From positions 11,226 through 75,225 of the forward strand of contig CABQND010000002.1 in NCBI GenBank assembly GCA_902465495.1: DNA of 64,000 nucleotides. The letters run 5' to 3'. Positions 1 through 9,732 of this stretch are shown one piece after another. Position 1 is the first letter of the stretch; every line of letters starts with the position of its first letter. A program made the translations under genes and the position numbers. The stretch comes from an uncultured Eubacteriales bacterium. Lineage in GTDB: Bacteria > Bacillota > Clostridia > Christensenellales > Borkfalkiaceae. The notes beneath the pieces were generated by a model. The model was not told the origin of the DNA and did not search any database. It saw only the letters and a list, made by a program, of their open reading frames with translations.

Positions 1-1365
1 ATTTATCGGGATATTCTTGTGAAACTGTCGGATATTACCGGGGATGCTGTTTCGGGTGCGGAAGTGGTACTCGGAGAACAAAAAGCAGAGGAGACGTCGG
101 GGGGATACCTGCTCCGCGAGGTCTGCATCGGAGACTGGGAACTGGAGATTCGTGCGCCAGGATTTGAGGAAAAAACATTAGAGATCGTTCAGTCTGATTT
201 TGATTACGATTCGGAAAATGCGATTGAGCGGGAAGTGCAAATGGTGCGCAGTTTTGTTCAAGTCGGCACATTGAAAGACGTGGAAGGTGCGGAATGGGAA
301 CTTGAAGTCACGCGAGACGAAGAGGGGATCAGTTTCCGTATCCGTGCCGATGCGATGTATAATGACCTTACGCATTCGGTATTTTTGTGGCTGTCCGTCG
401 GGGAGACAAATACTGTTCGCGATTCCAATGTGTACTATTTGCGCATCTATTCAAACGGTAACGTTATTTTTTATCGAGATAAGATCGGGGTATTGTCGGA
501 TGAAGGATTGCTGATTCGCAATCATGAGAAAACAACGGCAATGAGGCAGAAAGATTCATTGAAAGAAGGGACATATTTTGTGCCATATACTTTGTTGCAG
601 GTGACAGAACTTTCCGATGCGCCGATCACGGCAAAAGATGTGTTTGGTATTTGTTTTGCAACAAATATTTCGCCCGACAATCAGGAGACATACCTTACAT
701 ATGACGGGGTCACGGCAAACAAAAACAACAGTACGACGTATGTTCGCGTGGACGGCAAGAACAATGTATATGCACACAAGAAGAACGAAGAATATACAGA
801 AATTTCGTTTACATTTGCCGAGGTCGGAACGTTGGCGGATGTAGAAGGGACGGATTGGACGCTTTCGGTCGCGCGCGATGAAGAAGGGATCGCTTTCCGA
901 GTGGGCGCGAATGCCGCATACAATGATGCTACGCATACTGTATTTTTGTGGTTGTCTGTCGGACAGACAAATACCGTACGCGATTCCAACGTGTACTATT
1001 TGCGTATTTATTCGAACGGTAACGTTGTTTTCTATCGTCAAGGGCCGGGGCTGAATTCGGAGGCGGCTGCCTTGATCGGCAGTCATGACAAGACGAAAGG
1101 AATGCTTCGGGATGAGTCATCCATAGAGGGGACATATTTTGTGCCGTATTCTTTGTTGCAGGTGACCGAGCTTTCCGATGCGCCGATCACGGCAGAAGAT
1201 GTATTCGGAATTTGCTTTGCGACCAATATATCCAATCAGGAAACTTATTTCACATATGACGGGGTCACCGCAAATAAAAATAACAGCACGACGTTCGTCC
1301 GCGTGGACGGGGAATGTAATATTTATGCAAAGGCAACAAATACGATGCGGGAGGAGAACCAATGA
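1..1365 (+). CDS. Surface protein, 5'-partial: carboxypeptidase-regulatory-like domain plus two tandem ~187-aa copies of an unknown beta-rich domain
   Basis: Frame is open back to base 1. Internal repeat VGTLKDVEG...RVDGKNNVYA / VGTLADVEG...RVDGECNIYA with a 561-bp period. Stop overlaps the next ATG (ATGA). Confidence 0.8.
   Translation: MYRDILVKLSDITGDAVSGAEVVLGEQKAEETSGGYLLREVCIGDWELEIRAPGFEEKTLEIVQSDFDYDSENAIEREVQMVRSFVQVGTLKDVEGAEWELEVTRDEEGISFRIRADAMYNDLTHSVFLWLSVGETNTVRDSNVYYLRIYSNGNVIFYRDKIGVLSDEGLLIRNHEKTTAMRQKDSLKEGTYFVPYTLLQVTELSDAPITAKDVFGICFATNISPDNQETYLTYDGVTANKNNSTTYVRVDGKNNVYAHKKNEEYTEISFTFAEVGTLADVEGTDWTLSVARDEEGIAFRVGANAAYNDATHTVFLWLSVGQTNTVRDSNVYYLRIYSNGNVVFYRQGPGLNSEAAALIGSHDKTKGMLRDESSIEGTYFVPYSLLQVTELSDAPITAEDVFGICFATNISNQETYFTYDGVTANKNNSTTFVRVDGECNIYAKATNTMREENQ
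262..1345 (+). repeat. Intragenic tandem duplication, 2 x ~561 bp
   Basis: Copies start at 262 and 823 and share near-identical blocks, e.g. cgcgattccaaYgtgtactatttgcg and ctttccgatgcgccgatcacggca. Confidence 0.9.
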
Positions 1366-4037
1366 AGAAGGCGGTGCTGGTTGTATTGAGTATGCTTATT
1401 TTGGTGTGCGGGGCTTTGTTTTTTACAGCCTGTCAATCGACTGAAACCGAAGGCGGGACAGATTGGACGGATCCGACCGATGAAGGCGAAGACGACGTAA
1501 AATTTTCGATCGTGGAAGTGATATTTCAAAACGGAGAGGAAAGTTTTTCGGTAAAAGTGGTCAAGGGACAGCAATGTGCGGAACCAAAACGGCCGCAGGA
1601 TACGGAAGATGCTGTTTTTCTGGGTTGGTATCAGGGCGAAGAATTGTATGATTTTTCGTTGCCGGTGGAGGAAACGTTCACGTTGACGGCAAGGTTTGCG
1701 GGGCGGCCGGAAGGCACGCTGACGGGAACAGTAGTGGATACGGACGGAAAGGCGTTGGCGGGAGCTACCGTGACGGCGGGCAATAAAAAGACAGAGACCG
1801 ATGTATACGGGCGATACGGATTGAATGTAGCGCCCTCGGAAGCGTGCCGCATACAGATTTCCGCGCAGGGCTATGACCGGACAATTGCATGGCTTGCTCC
1901 CGATTCGCAGGCGCGGGAATACAACGCTGTGCTTCGTCCGTGCGGCAGTGCCGTTAGGGAGCCTTCGGAAAAAGCGGATTTACAGATTGATCTGAATTCC
2001 TACATAACAGTAAAATTGAACCGCGGAGAGACGGCGTTGCAGGTAAAGTTTGAGGTGCTTGATTCCGATATTACGACATACGCGTACTCAGACAACAACG
2101 ATTATGTCACAAAGGGAGACCGCGTAGAGTTTTATATTGATACGCTCGGGGACGGCGGTACCTTTCCGCAGCCGGACGACTGGCAGATCAATATTGATGC
2201 AGAAGGATATTATCGGTTTGTGCGAGGCAGCGGAAGCGTGTGGCTGTATATGAATAATTTTATCGAATATAAAGTTACGCGTTGTGAAGACAAAAACGGA
2301 AATTCGATCGGATATGTGACGGAAATGAGCTTACCGTATGATTCATTCGGTATCACGGCGAAGTCAGATATTCATTTTACGCTGGGGCAGAGCGGGTTTG
2401 GGACGGAAAAATCTGCATCGCACTGGGTTGGTTGGACGTATGACGGGCAGTTTTCCGATCCGCAGATCCCGGCAAAATATCGCGTTTGGCAGGAGGACGG
2501 AACGATTTTGGTAACGCAGTCTCGGCCGCTCGAAATTGACGGCAAATATTTTGAAGACCTTGCGTCGATCGATGCGGAAAAGAAATCTTTGACAACGCGC
2601 GGGGAAATGATGTTTACCGACGATGTGAAAAACATGCTCGGTGAAAATCTTCCGGAAGAGTTTATCGGTAAAACAAGTTTTGTCTTGTCGCAGTCATCGG
2701 GAGCGTCGTGGAGCGTTTCAAAGGCAGGATATGTCATCTTGTTTGCTCCTGCGGTGGGGTATCGCACGCTGAACGAAACTCTTGCCGAAGACGGCTGGCA
2801 GCTGCTCTGTGAAAACGGGGTCTCCATCGGAAGAGATACATGCTATTTTATCGATTTTGCATTGAATAATGTGTATGTGCGGTATTGCGAGGCTGGTGAA
2901 AAATTTACTTACGGGACGTGGACGCTTGCGTTCGGTGCGGCGGATCCTGACGAAGAATATTATGTATTTTCGTATGACAAACCGGAGAGTATGCGCATTG
3001 TCCGGTCCGAAGCGGAAGATGAAACGGTTCTGTACAACGGAGTTGCTTCCAGTGTTGCAGTCAATCGTGATGTATTCGTGGTTATTCACGGTACCGGAGG
3101 CAGATGGGAGCCCGATACGGGAAATTATCTTCGCGTGCGTGTAAGTTATGATCGCGGGCAGAGTTTTGTAATGGCATTCAGTATCCGCAGTGACGATCCG
3201 ACGATCCGTTATACCGATCCGTTCATGTATGTAAACAGTGACGGGGTTTTGATAATTGCCTTTAATCAGACCAACGTGTATTTTTCGGGGCATTGCAAGC
3301 GTTTTCAGATCTGTGTCACCAATCCGACCGATCCTGTTGCGGACTGGGAGATCGGGGAACCGTATATTTCAATGGAAGGGATCAGCATGAACAAACCATT
3401 GGAAATGCCGGACGGATCGCTTCTTCTTTCGGTGGAACAGCTCAACGATATCAATTATTCTTATATTTACCGTTCGACCGATAAAGGGCTGACATGGCAG
3501 CTGTACTCAAAAGCGTATCTCGGCTATCGTACGGCAACGTTTGCTCATGAAGGGAATTTGGTGCGGCTGCCCAACGGCAAATTATGGTTGCTGGTCCGCG
3601 CAACTTCAGCGGCATATTATGAATGCTATTCGTCGGACGGCGGCTTGACTTGGACGACGGGGCAAGCTTCGACGCTGGTTGGGGCAAAATCTCGTGCCGG
3701 TTTGCAGAATATTCCGGGCTCGGACAAACTTCTTTTCATTTCCAATGCGGAGTCGATGATACGCGGCAATCTTACGGCATATATTTTAACAAATAACGGA
3801 ACGGGTCCTGAAATTGAAGGAAGTTTATTGCTGGATGCACGGGGTGGCGCCGGAGCGGCAGGGGTTGCGTATCCCGACGCGACGATATTTTCGGGCGGAG
3901 ATATTTTTATCACTTGGGACTATGATCGTATCGGTGAAGGCAGCATTTTGGGGTGCTATATAAATGTTTCAGACATTATGGCAGGCGGTACGCTTTCAGA
4001 AGATCGTATATTTAGGATAACATGCAACACACAGTAA
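1362..4037 (+). CDS. Modular lipoprotein: InlB-B/Flg_new repeat, carboxypeptidase-regulatory-like domain, CBM9-like domain, C-terminal BNR (sialidase-family) propeller
   Basis: Lipobox FTAC; FLGWY..YDFSLPV repeat; GDRVEFYID CBM9-like motif; Asp-boxes SYDRGQSF, STDKGLTW, SSDGGLTW; AYPD motif. Confidence 0.75.
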   Translation: MKKAVLVVLSMLILVCGALFFTACQSTETEGGTDWTDPTDEGEDDVKFSIVEVIFQNGEESFSVKVVKGQQCAEPKRPQDTEDAVFLGWYQGEELYDFSLPVEETFTLTARFAGRPEGTLTGTVVDTDGKALAGATVTAGNKKTETDVYGRYGLNVAPSEACRIQISAQGYDRTIAWLAPDSQAREYNAVLRPCGSAVREPSEKADLQIDLNSYITVKLNRGETALQVKFEVLDSDITTYAYSDNNDYVTKGDRVEFYIDTLGDGGTFPQPDDWQINIDAEGYYRFVRGSGSVWLYMNNFIEYKVTRCEDKNGNSIGYVTEMSLPYDSFGITAKSDIHFTLGQSGFGTEKSASHWVGWTYDGQFSDPQIPAKYRVWQEDGTILVTQSRPLEIDGKYFEDLASIDAEKKSLTTRGEMMFTDDVKNMLGENLPEEFIGKTSFVLSQSSGASWSVSKAGYVILFAPAVGYRTLNETLAEDGWQLLCENGVSIGRDTCYFIDFALNNVYVRYCEAGEKFTYGTWTLAFGAADPDEEYYVFSYDKPESMRIVRSEAEDETVLYNGVASSVAVNRDVFVVIHGTGGRWEPDTGNYLRVRVSYDRGQSFVMAFSIRSDDPTIRYTDPFMYVNSDGVLIIAFNQTNVYFSGHCKRFQICVTNPTDPVADWEIGEPYISMEGISMNKPLEMPDGSLLLSVEQLNDINYSYIYRSTDKGLTWQLYSKAYLGYRTATFAHEGNLVRLPNGKLWLLVRATSAAYYECYSSDGGLTWTTGQASTLVGAKSRAGLQNIPGSDKLLFISNAESMIRGNLTAYILTNNGTGPEIEGSLLLDARGGAGAAGVAYPDATIFSGGDIFITWDYDRIGEGSILGCYINVSDIMAGGTLSEDRIFRITCNTQ

Positions 4038-4068
4038 AAAGATTTTATAAACTATTTCGGAACAAACC

Positions 4069-4113
4069 AAACATAAAGGCGCCCGCGGATTTTCCGCGGG
4101 CGCCTTTATGTTT
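4069..4113. terminator. Intrinsic terminator (bidirectional-type hairpin)
   Basis: aaacataaaggcgcccgcgga-ttt-tccgcgggcgcctttatgttt, a 21-bp stem after the stop at 4037. Confidence 0.85.
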
Positions 4114-4298
4114 GGTCATATCGGAGCGTTAAACGTAGAAGACTGATCGGTATTCCGTGATTGCCGAACGGCCCTGTGTCTTTGTGAGTTCGCCGAAGAA
4201 GGCGTATGAGAGGAAAACGCTTTGCAAAAAGGGAAGTGAAAAAGCAACGTTTGTGTTTAGTTTTTGTGCAAACGGTGACGGGAAAATAAAAATGAGTC

Positions 4299-4327
4299 TT
4301 GCGTTTTTCGGGGCTTTGTGATATACT
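4299..4327 (+). promoter_or_regulatory. SigA-type promoter for the two-component genes
   Basis: TTGCGT-17bp-TATACT with an extended -10 TG. Confidence 0.55.
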
Positions 4328-4470
4328 GGTAGAAGATAATTGCGCAGAGAGGACGCGGCCGGGGGGATGTTTTTTATGTGCACGTTTGCCGATACAAGCG
4401 GCATTGCGGCGGAAGCAGCTCCGAGAGAACGGTTGGCTTTTTGGAAAATTGATATAAAAGAGAGGGATAT

Positions 4471-6117
4471 ATGAAGCGTTCCATATCCGCAAGGATGATC
4501 GCGATCTTTGTTGCGATCGCGGTTGTTTTTCTGATTTGTTTTTGGGTCGTAATTCTATATATGAACGGGCTGTTGAACGAGGAATATACCAACAATGTTT
4601 CTGAGGACACAAACTCCATCATAAAATCGATGGAGCAAAGTGTAAACAACATTTTGTATTCTGAAATGGCACTGGCGAACGACGAGGACGTGATCTATCT
4701 GGCGAATACGGACTATGACACGATCTCTGCAATCGAACTGAGCAGTCTTGTGAAGCGCCTGAAAGAAAAAATGCGGCTGGTGACGCCGATGTATTTGGTG
4801 ATCCAGGATATTCAGATTCATTTCAAGCAATCCGGGAAGACATTGAGCCGTATGGAATTCGGGGACACAAGTGAAAATATTTCCGATCTTTTGGAAAATA
4901 CGCGGGAACTGTTCAACGATTATGAGGGGCATTTGTATGGAAGGACGCTGGAATTTAACAATTTCAGCATAACGTGCGAGTTGGACAAATCCAGTTTGTC
5001 CAATCTGCTCACCAACGAAACAGGAAGTGACTATTGTTTTCTCAGCATCGGAGAGATCGGGCTCGGCAGGCTGCCGAGCGATTATTCCGGATTATCGGAC
5101 GGCGTACATACGATCCGCTACGGCGGGGAACGGTATTATCTTTCCGTAGATGAATGGGGGAATACGCGCATTTATAATGCCGTGGAGGCGAGCCGCATTG
5201 CGGGTGTATTCAATGCGGGGATCGTCTTTTCGGCGATTGCGATCGCCTTGATATTGGCGGCGACGGCATTGTATATTTTCTTTGTTCGGCGCGCTTTGAA
5301 AGTGCCGCTTGCGGATTTGTGTGCTTTTGTCGGCCGTCTGAGCAGCGGCGAGTACGGTAAGGTGCTCGAAGGGCATTATCCGAGCGAATTCGGCGAGCTT
5401 GCACTGGGTATGAATTCGCTGTCAGCGCGACTTGCATACCTGATCGACGTCAAGGTCAAAAATGACATTACCATACGGGATATGCGTTTAAAGCAATTGC
5501 AATCGCAGATGAACCCGCATTTTCTGTTCAACTGTTTTTTGCTGTTCCGCAATCTTCTCAACGAAAAGAGATATTCGCTTGCGCTGGAGCTTTCGTCCGA
5601 TTTGAGTTTATATTTTAAATCTACAATGAGTCCGGGGGAAACAGTTTCCCTGATTGATGAGATCATGACGGCAAAGATCTATGCGGATATTCAGAATAAG
5701 CGGGAGGACGGCAGGATTCAGGTCGTCTGTGAGGAACCTCCTTTCGGATTCTGGCAATATACCGTTCCGAAATTTATATTGCAGCCGATTGTCGAAAATG
5801 CCTTTGAATATTCTTTTAAAGACAAAAATCAAGGGAACGTATTGCGTATTTCGTGCCGTGACGACGAAACATATTTGATTATCGATGTGTACAATGACGG
5901 AGCGATGAGCGAAGAGGAGTTTTGCAAAATACAAAAAATATTAGAGAACGGATTTGCGGACGAGGGTATGTCTGCGTTGGACAACATAAACCGCAGGCTG
6001 CGCATTTATAATCGATCGGGGCGCGGTGTAGAAGCGAAACGGACGGAAAGCGGATTCTGCGTGTCGCTGTATGTACGCAAGAGAAAAACGGAAGAGGAAG
6101 GGGGAGAGGAAGAATGA
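4471..6117 (+). CDS. Sensor histidine kinase, YesM/LytS-type
   Basis: Two TM helices, HAMP domain, LQSQMNPHFLFN H-box, LQPIVENA N-box. Confidence 0.9.
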   Translation: MKRSISARMIAIFVAIAVVFLICFWVVILYMNGLLNEEYTNNVSEDTNSIIKSMEQSVNNILYSEMALANDEDVIYLANTDYDTISAIELSSLVKRLKEKMRLVTPMYLVIQDIQIHFKQSGKTLSRMEFGDTSENISDLLENTRELFNDYEGHLYGRTLEFNNFSITCELDKSSLSNLLTNETGSDYCFLSIGEIGLGRLPSDYSGLSDGVHTIRYGGERYYLSVDEWGNTRIYNAVEASRIAGVFNAGIVFSAIAIALILAATALYIFFVRRALKVPLADLCAFVGRLSSGEYGKVLEGHYPSEFGELALGMNSLSARLAYLIDVKVKNDITIRDMRLKQLQSQMNPHFLFNCFLLFRNLLNEKRYSLALELSSDLSLYFKSTMSPGETVSLIDEIMTAKIYADIQNKREDGRIQVVCEEPPFGFWQYTVPKFILQPIVENAFEYSFKDKNQGNVLRISCRDDETYLIIDVYNDGAMSEEEFCKIQKILENGFADEGMSALDNINRRLRIYNRSGRGVEAKRTESGFCVSLYVRKRKTEEEGGEEE

Positions 6118-6857
6118 GTGAAAAGATCCGCATGGCGATCATCGACGACGAGCGGCACATCACCGATCATGTACGCAGGATCATAGAGGAGCGGTTTGTC
6201 GGGCTGTTCGAGATCATGGTTTCTTCCGATGCCGAAACGGTGGTGGAGGCACTCAAACGATACGAGATCCCGATCATTATTTCGGATATCCGCATGCCGA
6301 AAATGAACGGCATCGATTTTATGAAATATGTACACGAAAACTATCCGTCCACGAAATTTCTGCTTCTTTCGGCGTATCCGAATTTCGAGTATGTTTACGA
6401 GGCGAATCGATACGGGGTAAAATATCTTTTGAAGGTGGAGGATGATTCGGTCATTTTGCAGACGATTGCGGATATGCTCTCGACAAACCGACGGGCGGAA
6501 GACGCGGAGGAAACGGGGGCGAACGATCGTTTGATGCAGTTTCTGACCGAATATATCGATAAACATTACAATACAGATCTTTCTTTGGAAACGCTTGCGC
6601 AGATCGTACATTTCAACCCGAGTTACTTGTCGCGGATCTTTAAGCAATTTGCGGGCGAGAATATATTCGAATATGTGAACCGTGTCCGCATGCGCGAGAG
6701 CAAGACGCTTTTGGAGGAGACCGATTTTAAGGTTGCGGAAATATCTGAAATGGTCGGATATAAATCAGCGAATTATTTCTGTTACGTATTCAAAACATCC
6801 TGCGGTTGCAGTCCGCAGGCATACAGGCGTTCCAGCGTGCTGAACAGGAAAAAATGA
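6114..6857 (+). CDS. Response regulator, REC + AraC HTH (YesN-type)
   Basis: IIDDE, SDIRMPKMNG; C-terminal NPSYLSRIFK...VGYKSANYF...SPQAYR. Confidence 0.92.
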   Translation: MSEKIRMAIIDDERHITDHVRRIIEERFVGLFEIMVSSDAETVVEALKRYEIPIIISDIRMPKMNGIDFMKYVHENYPSTKFLLLSAYPNFEYVYEANRYGVKYLLKVEDDSVILQTIADMLSTNRRAEDAEETGANDRLMQFLTEYIDKHYNTDLSLETLAQIVHFNPSYLSRIFKQFAGENIFEYVNRVRMRESKTLLEETDFKVAEISEMVGYKSANYFCYVFKTSCGCSPQAYRRSSVLNRKK

Positions 6858-6906
6858 CAAAATGCTTTGAAAGCGGCAGATCGCCGCAGTGTTTACGGAT
6901 AGGTTT

Positions 6907-6948
6907 GCCGCCGCGCAGATTTTCTGCGCGGCGGCGTCTGTTTTATTT
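6907..6948 (+). terminator. Intrinsic terminator after the response regulator
   Basis: gccgccgcgcaga-ttt-tctgcgcggcggc followed by a T-rich tail. Confidence 0.7.
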
Positions 6949-6966
6949 GGCATAAAACGGAAAGAA

Positions 6967-6997
6967 GTAAAAATTTTTGTAGGAATGTAAAAATTTT
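6967..6997 (+). promoter_or_regulatory. Direct repeat, candidate AraC/YesN binding site
   Basis: GTAAAAATTTT at 6967 and 6987 (20-bp period), upstream of the ABC operon. Confidence 0.5.
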
Positions 6998-7073
6998 GAT
7001 ATTGAATTTTTGACTGCTGTTTGCTATTATTTTTTTGGAAAATGCAGAAAATTGTTGATTTTGGAGGAAAGAC

Positions 7074-8768
7074 ATGAAAAAGATTTTAGTGTTGGTGCTT
7101 GCTCTTGCCTTCTGTTGCGGAGCTTTTGCCGGATGCGGCGGAGGCGGCGGGACAACGGAAGTTGTGGAAGGAGACGGCGATCCGTTCGGGAAGTATGAGA
7201 CGGCGACGCAGCTCAATCTGGTGACGACGTCGGACGTGACAGTCACGTCGCAGGTGTTGGCGAATTATCCGGACGAGTCGATGCAGAAGAACCGTTTTAC
7301 CGAGCTGTACAAGAATGAGCTGAACGTTGACATCAATTACAGCTGGATTGCGCAGAGCACGGAAGATTACAACACAAAGCTGGATATGGCGATGACGATC
7401 GGGAACCTGCCCGATGCGTTTATTGTCGACACGTCGGTGCTGTCCGATCTGGTCGAAGCGGGCCAGGTGCGCGATTTGACGGAGGTCTGGGAAAAATATG
7501 CTTCGCCGCTTTTGAAAGAGATCACGGAAGCGGAAGGCGATTCGGTTTTCCGCGCGGCGACGTACGACGGAAAGCTGTACGGCATTCCGCAGATGTTTTC
7601 GAGCATTGACCGTGCGCAGATGGTATGGATCCGCATGGACTGGCTCAACAAGCTGAATTCCCTGCATCCGGAGCTGCAACTTCCCGTATCCCCGGTGACG
7701 ATCGAGGACATGCAGCGCATTATCAGTGCGTTCAAGACATACAGCCAGGAGCTGAGCGGCAGGACTTCGGATAAAGCGTTCGGGTTGTCCATACAGGGCG
7801 ATCTGTGGAACTCGATGGGCGGCATCACGCCGATGATGAACATGTACGGGGCATATCCGAACATTTGGTATGAAAAGAACGGAGAGCTTGTGTACGGGAG
7901 CATACAGCCGGAAGTGAAACAGCCGTTGTCGGTGCTTGCGGAGATGTATAAAAAGGGTGAGATCGCGCAGGATTTTGCGACAAAGTCGGTGACAGGCGTT
8001 GCGGACGACGTGACGCGCGGCATGGCGGGGGTCGTGTTCGGTGAGCAGTGGCTGTGCAGTTACCCGATCCAGCAGCTGTATGATGACGATCCGACGGCGG
8101 ACTGGAAAGCGTTTCCGATTTTTATGGACGGCGACACACAGAATGCGGTGCAGGTGACGATGGGTACATACGGCTGGTGGGTGGTCAGCAGCGAATACGA
8201 GCATCCCGAAGCGGTGGTCAAGTGCATGAACACGTATGTGGAGCACATCTGGGGCTCGAAAGCGGATGTGGAAAAGTATTACATGCCTGCGGACACGGGC
8301 GCGGCGGTTTGGAAGCTTTCGCCTTTCCAGCCCGAGCCTCCGACCAAGAATTTGGATTGCTATCTGGCGATCAAAGATGCGCAGGAGAAAGAAGATTTCA
8401 GTGTTCTTACGGGCGAGGCGAAGACCATCTACAACAATATTCAAAGCTTTTTCAACGGGAACAACTCGCTTTGGAGCTGGAAGTGCGGATATTGGCCGGA
8501 CGGGGACAAAGCGGTGTATCAAACCATGAACACGTATGTGGAGAACGACATGATCCTGTTCAATTCGTTTTCGGGTGCGCCCACGGACAGCATGCGCATG
8601 AACTCGCAGTTGGATCTGTTCAGTGCGAAGCAGAGCGAGATCTTTACGGCGATCATCAACGGTTCGAAGACGGTTGACGCAGGGTATAACGAGCTTGTCG
8701 CGTATTGGACGACCATGCACGGCGAGCAGATGACAGAGGAGGTCAATGCGTGGTACAGCGGAGCGTAG
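7074..8768 (+). CDS. Carbohydrate ABC transporter solute-binding lipoprotein (LplA-like)
   Basis: Lipobox FAGC; GNLPD, DGKLYGIP, WIRMDWL motifs; GGAGG RBS. Confidence 0.92.
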   Translation: MKKILVLVLALAFCCGAFAGCGGGGGTTEVVEGDGDPFGKYETATQLNLVTTSDVTVTSQVLANYPDESMQKNRFTELYKNELNVDINYSWIAQSTEDYNTKLDMAMTIGNLPDAFIVDTSVLSDLVEAGQVRDLTEVWEKYASPLLKEITEAEGDSVFRAATYDGKLYGIPQMFSSIDRAQMVWIRMDWLNKLNSLHPELQLPVSPVTIEDMQRIISAFKTYSQELSGRTSDKAFGLSIQGDLWNSMGGITPMMNMYGAYPNIWYEKNGELVYGSIQPEVKQPLSVLAEMYKKGEIAQDFATKSVTGVADDVTRGMAGVVFGEQWLCSYPIQQLYDDDPTADWKAFPIFMDGDTQNAVQVTMGTYGWWVVSSEYEHPEAVVKCMNTYVEHIWGSKADVEKYYMPADTGAAVWKLSPFQPEPPTKNLDCYLAIKDAQEKEDFSVLTGEAKTIYNNIQSFFNGNNSLWSWKCGYWPDGDKAVYQTMNTYVENDMILFNSFSGAPTDSMRMNSQLDLFSAKQSEIFTAIINGSKTVDAGYNELVAYWTTMHGEQMTEEVNAWYSGA

Positions 8769-9724
8769 AGCTGACGGCGGGAACGGGAAAGCGGTTGCAC
8801 AGCAGATCGCAGGGTAGCGGAAAACAGCTTCGCAGGCGGAAGGCTCTCACCTTTCATGCGATGCTGTTCCCCGGCGTTGTCCTGACGTTTATATTCTGTT
8901 ATATCCCGATGTTCGGACTGACGATGGCGTTCCAGAATTTTGTGCCGAGCAAGGGGTTGTTCGGGGCGCAGACGTGGGTCGGCTGGGGCAATCTTACGTT
9001 TTTGTTCAGCTTGCCGGAGATCGGCAGGATTTTCCGAAACACCATCATTCTCGCGGTGGCGAAAAATGTATGCGGAATAATTATACCCGTTGTAATTGCG
9101 ATCATGATGAGCGAATTGCGGCATACGTTCGTGCGAAAAAGCGTACAGACGGTCGTGTATCTGCCGCATTTTCTCTCGTGGGTCATCATTGCGACGATGA
9201 TGACGGACATGCTTTCGCCGGTGGACGGTGCGGTCAATCGACTTTTGGAGGCGTTTGGCATGGATCCCGTTTATTTTTTGGGCAATGAAAAGATCTTTCC
9301 TGTCACCATGGTCATTTCCGATCAGTGGAAGGAAGCGGGGTACGGCAGCATCATATATCTTGCGTCCATACTCGGCATCGATCTGAGTCTGTATGAAGCG
9401 GCGAAGATCGACGGCGCGAACAAATGGCAGCAGATCATTCACGTGACGCTGCCGGGGATGCGGAACATCATCATGCTGATGATCATGCTGGCGGTCGGAA
9501 ATATTCTCAACGGCGGCTTTGATCAGATCTACAATCTGCTCAACAATCAGGTCAAGGAGACGGGGGAGATTCTGGATACGTTTATTTATGAGCTTGCATT
9601 TGGCAGAACGCGGAATTATTCGCTGTCGGCGATGGCGGGGCTTTTCAAATCGGTGGTATCCTTTGTCCTGATTTCCACGGGATATTTCCTATCGTATAAG
9701 TTTGCGGACTATCAGCTGTTTTAG
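8750..9724 (+). CDS. Carbohydrate ABC transporter permease (LplB-like)
   Basis: YLPHFLSWV and LYEAAKIDGA (EAA motif). GTG start at 8750 chosen for GGAGG at 8738. Confidence 0.9.
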   Translation: MVQRSVELTAGTGKRLHSRSQGSGKQLRRRKALTFHAMLFPGVVLTFIFCYIPMFGLTMAFQNFVPSKGLFGAQTWVGWGNLTFLFSLPEIGRIFRNTIILAVAKNVCGIIIPVVIAIMMSELRHTFVRKSVQTVVYLPHFLSWVIIATMMTDMLSPVDGAVNRLLEAFGMDPVYFLGNEKIFPVTMVISDQWKEAGYGSIIYLASILGIDLSLYEAAKIDGANKWQQIIHVTLPGMRNIIMLMIMLAVGNILNGGFDQIYNLLNNQVKETGEILDTFIYELAFGRTRNYSLSAMAGLFKSVVSFVLISTGYFLSYKFADYQLF

Positions 9725-9732
9725 GAGAAGGT

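Noticed and set aside
7086..8720. 544-aa minus-strand ORF
   Set aside because: Antisense shadow of the solute-binding protein gene; Arg/His-rich with no motifs.
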